From Octopus vulgaris (lineage: Eukaryota), in NCBI GenBank assembly GCA_951406725.2, contig OX597830.1, forward strand, positions 15,562,001 through 15,626,000: a DNA stretch of 64,000 bases, given 5' to 3'. The position numbers and the translations under genes were made by a program. Positions 55,434 to 64,000 of this stretch are shown piece after piece. The notes beneath the pieces are model-generated. The model was given only the letters and a program-made list of their open reading frames with translations. It was not told where the DNA came from and ran no database searches. Position 1 is the first letter of the stretch; each line of letters starts with the position of its first letter.

Positions 55434-55600
55434 GCCGTATTTCGTCTGCTGTTATGTTCTGGGTTCAAATTCCTCCGAGGTTGACTTTGCCTTTCATCCT
55501 TTCGGGGGTCGATAAATTAAGTACCAGTTACGCACTGGGGTCGATGTCTGTCCTTGTTTGTCCCCTCTGTGTTTAGCCCCCTGTGGGTAGTAAAGAAATA
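54146..55600 (+). mobile_element. Five co-oriented SINE copies separated by (ATT)n (starts ~54146, 54402, 54904, 55184, 55434)
   Basis: Repeated gctggcagaatc...gttcaaat...gtacca...ccttgtg...agaa(a)gg units. Confidence 0.9.
54645..54878 (+). mobile_element. Probable 3' end of a LINE inside (ATT)n
   Basis: Ends tgtccttcatgtcctggacccttttggccaatataagaaa(tta)n, similar to SINE tail A. Confidence 0.45.
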
Positions 55601-56281
55601 ATAATAATAATAATAATTATTATTATTATTTTAATTTTCATTATTATTAGCTGTCCTGGAGTAGTGTAAATATGGCATTTGATGTTCAAATGTTCCTTAC
55701 TGCATCAATTTGCTGTTGGTTTTGTTCTTTCTAAATGATTATTATTAGTCAGGTATTTATAGCAACTGTTTCTGTTTGATTTGGTGGCTCAGTTGAAAGA
55801 TTAGAGATTATTTTGGTATTTAAGCCTTTGTAAATAGCTTACAGGACGACGACAACGACGTGAACACCAACACCACCGAGTATTTCAGGTTTTCTTTTGT
55901 CATTTTTTTTTCTGTTATATGCTTTTTTGTTTTGTTTTTGTTTTTTGATTATTTCGATAATTCACTTCAACCAAGTAATAACCACTAAGTGAGCCATCAT
56001 CACCATCATCATTATCATTATCGTCATCACCATCGTTATCGTCATCATCATCACCACCGTCGTCGTCGTCATCGATCAAACAATATCTGAACTTGGGGGT
56101 CGATAAGGGCTAATTTCATAACTGATAGTTTGATACTTATTAAAAACCGTTTAATTTAGTTTTTATTCCTTTTTTAAAATTATTATTATTATTATCATTA
56201 TTATTATTATTCAGTAGTTTTATTTTTATTTTTATTTATTTTAGTTTTATTTTATTTATTCAGTAGTTTTATTTTTTATTA

Positions 56282-56339
<58 letters not shown>

Positions 56340-56727
56340 TTTATTTATTTTTGTTTTTTATTATTGAAATAAATCACTAATTGAAAGCATCAGAATAAAT
56401 TAATTATTTCTCAACTGTATTGCTGATTCCTCCTCATATGTTATTTCAGTTAGCAGCAGATTGCTAGTTAAAGCAAAAATACACACCATGGTTTGTTAAG
56501 TTTTTGTTGTTGTTGCTGCTGCTGCTGTTGTTGTTGTTGTTTTTTGTTTTTTTTCTGTGTGTCAAATCTCTTGGAAAGATATTTTCTTCTCATATAAATT
56601 ATTCAAAACCCTCATTAAAATAGAATAATTCTTCCCCCTCCCCTCATCTCTCTCTCTCTCTCTCTCCCTCTCTATTTCTCTGCCTGTCACTTATATCAGA
56701 CTCACACACACACACACACACACACAC

Positions 56728-56768
<41 letters not shown>

Positions 56769-56803
56769 TGCACAAATATTAATATTCACACACACACATA
56801 TTC

Positions 56804-56846
<43 letters not shown>

Positions 56847-57233
56847 TATCTATATATATATACATGCACAAATATTAATATTGATACACACACACACACA
56901 CACACATATATATGCATGTATATACATACACACCCACAAATATTATTATCCATTCAACTGTTGTTAATGAATCTGGTGGTGTTTATGATGGAATTGTTTT
57001 TACTACTACAGACAAGGTGTTCCAGTGATTAACCTTTGATAGGAAATTAGTAATGGAATGATCAGCTATGCAGTTTAGTAGCTTACTAAGTACTGTAAAC
57101 CGTCACCCACCACCACCATCACCACCACAACCACAGCCACCCTCCCCCCGTATTGCACTCATTAACTATTCATGCAAGCCTTCTTCAACTGGTAGACTGG
57201 ACCTATCTTACCGTATTATTAAAAGAAATTGGT

Positions 57234-57625
57234 GGAGGCGTAATGGCCCAGTGGTTAGGGCAGCGGACTCGCGGTCATAGGATTGTGGTTTCGATTCCCA
57301 GACCGGGCGTTGTGAATGTTTATTGAGCGAAAACACCTAAAGCTCCACGAGGCTCGGGCAGGGATGGTGGTGATCCCTGCTGTACTCTTTCACCACAACT
57401 TTCTCTCACTCTCACTTCCTGTTTCTGTTGTACCTGTATTTCAAAGGGCCGGCCTTGTCACTCTCTGTGTCACGCTGATTATCCCCGAGAACTACGTTAA
57501 GGGTACACGTGTCTGTGGAGTGCTCAGCCACTTACACGTTAATTTCACAAGCAGGCTGTTCCGTTGATTCGGATCAACCGGAACCCTCGTCGTCGTGACC
57601 GACGGAGTGCTTCCAAAAAAAAAAA
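57234..57625 (+). mobile_element. Young full-length tRNA-derived SINE with poly(A) and 16-bp TSD
   Basis: A box tggcccagtgg, B box ggtttcgattcc; attaaaagaaattggt at 57218-57233 and 57626-57641; CpG-rich. Confidence 0.92.
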
Positions 57626-59514
57626 ATTAAAAGAAATTGGTTTGCGTCCTGATTCCCACTTTTCTGTTTTCCTCTTAAGTTTTCAGTGCACGTGCATGAA
57701 TTAAAACCTATGCCACTTCTGACCCCCAAGCCCCCAAATTTGCATATGTGCGTTCATCTTCACAATGTTACATAGACATATACTCACATATGTATGTGCA
57801 TGCATGCATACATATGTACGTACGCACATATTTGTGGAGAACTGCTTTGAAGCCAGTAGCTTCACTTCCCTGATTATAGATTTTCATTTATGTCAATAAT
57901 TATTGGTACACTTTGCTACGTTAGTAAATATTTGAGTGATAATCTTGAGAAGCTAGGATTTCCAGGCCAAGACAGTGACAAACTATCAAACACGTCACAA
58001 ATATGATATGTAACTGGAACAGTAAAAATATACAAAACTTTTCAAAAGTCCAGTTTGTAATTTTTATTTTTTTAATTTTTTGATATCCAAATTTCAACGA
58101 TAGAGCTTTGTTCATTATTTATTTTTTCAGTTGATTTTACAGTTGCTTTGGCTTGTTCCTTGTAGGGAAAATTCTTCAAATAGTTATAAAAGTAAAACAC
58201 ACACACACACACACTTTTAAGCTCAATAAAATGTATTTTCGCTGGGTCTATTTTGACACTATTAGTTACTTTATTATGTTCCTATGAACATGTAACCCTA
58301 GGACTTTCTCTCTCTCTCTCCCTTGTAATATATAAATGAATAAATTGATTCACACATGCTGCTATATAAATATATATATATATACACACACATATACATA
58401 TATATATATATACACACATATACATATATATATACATAAATATATATCAGTTTAATAGTTAGAGGGTAAAACAGAGAGACATACACGTTACTATGATATA
58501 ATAATAGTGCGTGTATATATATATATACACATATATACACACACACACTCCATCTCTCTTATCTTTTGGTCTTTGACTGCCTTTCCCACTTCTATTGCCC
58601 TGTCTGTCTCTATCTCTCTCTCTCTCCATTCATCCAACCTTCCTTTGTGGTCATCCACATATTATAAACTCAAGCCCACTTCTGTAGAGTTAACAAACAT
58701 ATAGATAAATATATGCATGCACACACACACACACACACACATACACTCACACCTACTAACCCAAATGTTCCTGCACAGGTAGGCATAAATAGATTGAAAG
58801 AAAGAGAGAAAGGGTGAAAGTGGAGAGGTTAACACCAAAGCAGATCTATATAATTTGTGAAATAAGTTTATGAGGGTCTTCATTGGGGACGACTGTCCTT
58901 GGGCTAAACAAATGGGAGCCAAGGACTAATGAAGAAGTTTCTGGCCAGTCACATGATCTGCTGGAAATACTAACCAAATGTCCCTCGAATCATACAGCTT
59001 GCAGTTTTAAAAGAGGTGGGGCAGCTTGGAGAATGTAGTCCCTGATACACAAAAAGACTGGATGGTCACAGCTGGAATGCCCTTTATCATATGTTGCTCA
59101 ATCAGGGATAAATGAGAACTTCTCTACACAAGTAGATCAATCTGCTAGAAATAGCAGTTAAAGTTCTTTCAACTCATACCTTCAAGATGGGAGGATATAT
59201 ATATATGTGTGTGTGTATGTATGTTTGTTCGTTCTTTCATTACATATAACAGCACGTATATCTCAAAACACGGTTTTTAAGATATTGTGTTTAGCATTGG
59301 TATCTAATTTGAAAAATTTAAAACAATACTATTTTTTTATTGAAAAGAAAGAAAAAAAAAATTAATGCTTTTCTGAATGGAACATTGATGTTATTTTGAG
59401 AATATTCTAGAGTTCCTGTGTTCAACATACCAAAAGGAAAACACATTCTCACACATCACCATACCAGTGTACCTACATTTTGTCTATATGTGTATTGTGA
59501 ATGCCACAACACAG

Positions 59515-59550
<36 letters not shown>

Positions 59551-59588
59551 GTATGTATGTACGTGTATATCTGTGTGTGTATGTGTAT

Positions 59589-59623
<35 letters not shown>

Positions 59624-59659
59624 CACATATATATATGTATGTATGTACTTGTATATCTG

Positions 59660-59692
<33 letters not shown>

Positions 59693-60137
59693 TTGTGTGT
59701 GTGTGAATTGTAGATTACAACTCAGAAGGTTAATTGGTTGTAATAGTAGTAGCAGTACGTTAGTATGAAGTTAAACAACAGGCACACTGCATTCCTTTCC
59801 TGGTGGTGTATCGATGTAATTATTTCAAACTTAGCTTCTCTCCTTTATTGAGGCTCATGCCTAATAAGTAATTATAGGTTTATTACTGAATATTGATTTT
59901 TAAAAATCTGTGTCTAATCTAATTTCGTGTCAGCTTATTAATTTCCCTTTCCATTCCGTTTTCAACATGTAGGAAAGGGGAAAGAGAATTCCTGGCAGTA
60001 TCATAAAATTATTTACTTCTGCTTTCTCGTTGACTCATTCGGATTCATAGGACCCATAGGTAGGTATGTTAGTTGGTTGGTTGGCTGGCTGGCTGGCTGG
60101 TTGGTGAACATTAATTATTATATTAATTAATAATAAT

Positions 60138-60325
60138 AAGGCCTGAAATTGTATGAGAGAGTGATAGCCAATAACATTGACCTCCCAGTATCTAAATGGT
60201 AGTTTATTTTATCAACCCCGAAAGGATGAAAAGCAAAGTTGGTGTTGTCGGAATTTGAACTTGGAACCTAAGGCTTGAAGAAATGCCGCTAAGCAGTTTT
60301 TCTAGCATGCTGACAATTCTGCCAA
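60138..60325 (-). mobile_element. ggcggcgagctggcagaa SINE (tail B), inverted
   Basis: accccgaaaggatgaaaagcaaagt...gaatttgaac...ttctgcca. Confidence 0.8.
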
Positions 60326-60366
60326 GGCAAATGCTTACGTGGTGTCTTCTATGATGTGTCTTCTAA

Positions 60367-60596
60367 GGCGGCGAGCTGGCAGAAACCTTAGCACACCGGA
60401 CGAAATGCTTAGCTGTATTTCGTCTGCCGCTACGTTCTGAGTTCAAATTCCGCCGAGGTCGACTTTGCCTTTCATCCTTTCGGGGTCGATTAAATAAGTA
60501 CCAGTTACACACTGGGGTCGATATAATCGACTTAATCCGTTTGTCTGTCCTTGTTTGTCCTCTCTGTGTTTAGCCCCTTGTGGGTAGTAAAGAAAT
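60367..60596 (+). mobile_element. Young SINE (tail A) with 17-bp TSD
   Basis: tggtgtcttctatgatg at 60340-60356 and 60597-60613. Confidence 0.92.
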
Positions 60597-61044
60597 TGGT
60601 GTCTTCTATGATGCTTTATCAATTCTACCAATCCTTCAGATAATAGTATAATATGTATTTTCTAATGTTTAGTGCGAGACAATAAGGTTTGGGAGAGGAA
60701 TGTGAGTAATTTAATCAACTCACTCCTCCCAGTTCTTTGCTGGTAATATTTTATTAAATTCAGAATGTTGACAGGGTAACGTCCACCTTGACTAAGATTT
60801 GAACTCAGTTTGTAAAGGGACATAACTAAATCTGACTTAGTCTTTCTTTACAAACGTTAAAATGACTATCATGCTTCTGATGGTGTACTTAATAGCGGAA
60901 GCTGGCAAGATGTGAATTGTGTTTCGTGTTGGTGGGGGTTGCCATCCAAATTATCCAAGCCCTCAGTATTACCATTTCTAAGTTTTTTTCCTTTTTTTTT
61001 TATTCATTTTCTTCTTTTTATTATTTTCTGTCCACTACGGGTAG

Positions 61045-61240
61045 TGGGATTGGCAGAAGAACCATTAAAGTAGCCGACCAAATGTTTATTTTACATTCTG
61101 AGTTCAAATTCCATCGAGATCAACTTTGCTGCTTATTCTTTCAGGGTCACTAGAATAAAGTACTTGTCAAGTGCTGAGGTCAATTTAAGTGACTAACCTC
61201 CTGCCCCCCCAGTATTTCAGACATGGTGCCTATCTCAGAA
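61045..61240 (+). mobile_element. Degraded SINE (tail B); an inverted degraded copy lies at ~60660-60860
   Basis: ttggcagaa...gagttcaaattcc...tttcagggtc. Confidence 0.7.
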
Positions 61241-62552
61241 GCAGTTATTTTTCCGGCCATTTCTTTGAAGCTGTATGTTGTAAACTATGTGTCTTGCTAA
61301 TTATACCGAATTGGTGCTAATGTGGTGGTGGTGGTGCGAGCCGTTGTTAGAGAATTCTAACAATGGAAAGAAATAATGAATGTTAGACTGTAAGAAACTG
61401 TGCAAGATAAGCGGTTTGTACAAGTAACCTGATTATTAGTAAATGTTATGATAAAATCATTATCTCACTCTTGTGACGGTGAAATTTCAGTTTGGGAGGA
61501 GGCTGTGGAAGAGGTGGAGTTACTTCTCTTGCTCATTGATTGCTCTCTCAGTCGAAACATCATTTCTGTTGTCTTGTATTGTTGTTATATTATTATTCAG
61601 TCAACAACTAGTTCCTTTCATAAATACTTCTCTTTTGTTTTATTGTTTAACGCATATTTACCAGCTATTTCTATTGCAAAAAGTTAATCTCCCAGCTTGG
61701 CAGCTTTTATTATAGGATTATGGTTTAATCATGGCAAATCTTCCTCTATGTACTTCACATTATGTACTCCAATAAACCAAATACTAAAAATGCTACTTTT
61801 ACTATTTTTCCGTGAAAATCTTTTGATCTCTTTTGTTTTAAATTGTTTCCATTTAAACAATTAAAAGGATTTCATTTTGACTAACTATTTCTAAGTTACT
61901 GTCAATTTATTCACAATAGAAATCCAAAATAAGCCTTAGAAAATTTATAACTACTTTCAACGATCATTTGTTCTAATTTACACCTTATTGCATTTTACTA
62001 CGTTTTTCTTTTTATTAAACATTTGCTGCTTCAAAGTCTCCCCTTTTGTATCATCCTTTCCGTTCTTATCCCCTGAATCATATTGGCTCTTATTACGCAA
62101 TACAGGGAATAATCTGACAGAAGCATTTAGATGAATTGATGAGAGATATTTTAATGTAGGTATCATTATATCTGTTGATAACCCACATAAATTGCATCTC
62201 TTCTTGGGAAAGTATAAGTTTGGGACATATAAAACTATACTCTCTTGGTTGGAGACTTTATGGTGAAGCAAATTAGATTGGTCAGAAACTCTTTGTTTAA
62301 ACAAACTGATTACAATTAAATTAGTTAATGAATTTTAATACAGGGTGCAATAAAACTAGAAATCCAACTAGAAATAAATTATACGGTGAGGAAATAAAAC
62401 AATATAGTCAGTGACTATTGTTTTTATTTTTCAGTAAGCCTGGGGAAATAACTGAATGTGTTTCTATCTTAATATAGTATCATCAGTAAAGCATAACTTA
62501 GTACTTGCCAAAGATGTGGTAAAAGAATTACTAAGTAGATAGTACAAGATTG

Positions 62553-62966
62553 GGATCTTTTTGGTTTGAATGGCAGTTTTTTCTAGCGGTGTCATATAAA
62601 ATTGTCACCTATAATTATGACCCTAGTATCGATCTATTGCATTTCAATCTGTTTTAAGGTTAGGGTTAGGGGTGGGAGGAAGGGTATCTTTTTTTCTTCA
62701 CAAATGTAAATAAACCCAATCTGTTTCTTAAACGAGGGACATGTTCATACGGCACAGAATGTTTTTTACCTCAATAGACGTCAGTGATTGGTTGAAATTG
62801 CAGAAATTGAAGAAAAAAAACAAATATCTTACAAACTATAGAATTTTCTCAATAAAGCCAAGAGAAAAAGATGTTTTATAAATACATTCTACTGGTATAC
62901 GAAGTTTAAAATTTTTTAGTTACCTAGAAATTATGTTAAAAACTGTCGTTTGAACCGAAAAGATCC
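62553..62966. mobile_element. MITE with ~30 bp TIRs starting GG and an 8-bp TSD (Merlin-like)
   Basis: caagattg|ggatctttttggtttgaatggcagttttt ... aaaaactgtcgtttgaaccgaaaagatcc|caagattg. Confidence 0.85.
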
Positions 62967-64000
62967 CAAGATTGCACACTGCTTAGCTTTAGAAGAATGA
63001 ATTGTTTACAAAATAAATAATTTATACATCATCTCCATGAAACAGAAAATAGTTAAGTTAAGATACTTAGTAACCCTGCATGAGGCTTATGTGTTTGTGT
63101 GAGTGTATGATAATTGCTCTGTAGGTTCCAGAAAATGGGTATTCTGTATGATAAAGGGGTTTTTATTATTTTTTTTTTTTCTGTATTTAGTTATAGTCAG
63201 CTACAAAATATTTCAGGATTTAATAGATAAACCTATTCTCTTCAATTCAATAATTCTACCTTATATTTATGGACCTTAAAAATCTACTAACTACAACTAA
63301 CTTTTCATCCAGTTGATCTTTATGTCAAGATCACCCTTGTCAAATAAGTAATTAAGCACACACACATGCATACACACACACACACACACACACAAACACA
63401 CGAAATATGGAATGGAAGTGTTTTATTAGGTGCCATCTGGGTAGCTTATCTTTTGTTTAAACTATACAAACGACTCGTTTGTAGTAATTACTCGTTTGCT
63501 TGTTCAAACACTCCTGTATCATTTATATTGATTTATATAATCAAAGGTGTGGCTCTACTTGTGAAATACTAATGTATTGCCATGGAGACAAGTCAGTTTC
63601 AGTACCCAGCTCCTATCTTACTTGGCCAACTGGTACCAACGACTGTTGATTAACTATTAAAAGGTTCAACAATTTTATACTAGCATATTCTTTCAAAGAA
63701 TGAAATATTGTTTTCTCTTGTAAATTAAACATAATATTGACATAAGTGTTGTTCACAATATAAAACACTATATAATGAGATATAGTTTTTTTTACTAAAC
63801 AGGATAAAAAAATTAGGAGTGTATTTCTTTTTGACCTGTGCTATCTCTGCTTGAGTTAATATACCACTCAGAGTTAGATAATTGACTGTTTGGTAACAAC
63901 ACAATATATATACATATATATGTATATATATATATATATTTATATATATATGTATATGGGTGTGTGTGTATATGTAGGTATATTCTATATATATATTGTT

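Noticed and set aside
51975-55600. Repeat-spacer pattern as a CRISPR array
   Set aside because: Units are ~200-bp SINEs, spacers are microsatellites, the context is eukaryotic and there are no cas genes.
57234-57310. tRNA gene
   Set aside because: The tRNA-like head continues into a 390-bp body with poly(A) and TSD, so it is a SINE.
61978-62304. 108-aa minus-strand ORF
   Set aside because: Non-ATG start, no domain and no convincing splice sites.
62659-62672. Interstitial telomere
   Set aside because: Only two TTAGGG units, internal to a MITE.

Overview
AT-rich eukaryotic genomic DNA, most likely intronic or gene-5' sequence of an octopus (coleoid cephalopod). This assignment is inferred from the SINE/MITE families and the extreme (TA)n/(CA)n/(ATT)n microsatellite load, and was not checked by search. 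Almost all of the supplied ORF track is microsatellite artefact, and no complete host gene is recognisable. Decayed transposons: a ~2 kb pogo/Passer (POGK-like) element, an internally deleted maT (DD37D) element, mariner remnants, and a 5'-truncated R4/Dong-clade LINE in a (TAA)n tract. Non-autonomous elements: a 400 bp Helitron, two TTAA/piggyBac-type MITE families, a GG-ended MITE with an 8-bp TSD, and at least four SINE-like families. Possible host-gene structure: several candidate alternative first exons on + that all end in intron phase 2, and candidate antisense exons at 42-45 kb. The most interesting signals are (1) Penelope-type minimal hammerhead ribozymes next to (TA)n tracts, one with a canonical core and one with a natural G3-C8 core swap, and (2) a 5 kb (ATT)n island of co-oriented SINEs plus Dong insertions. 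Coordinates of degraded repeats are approximate.
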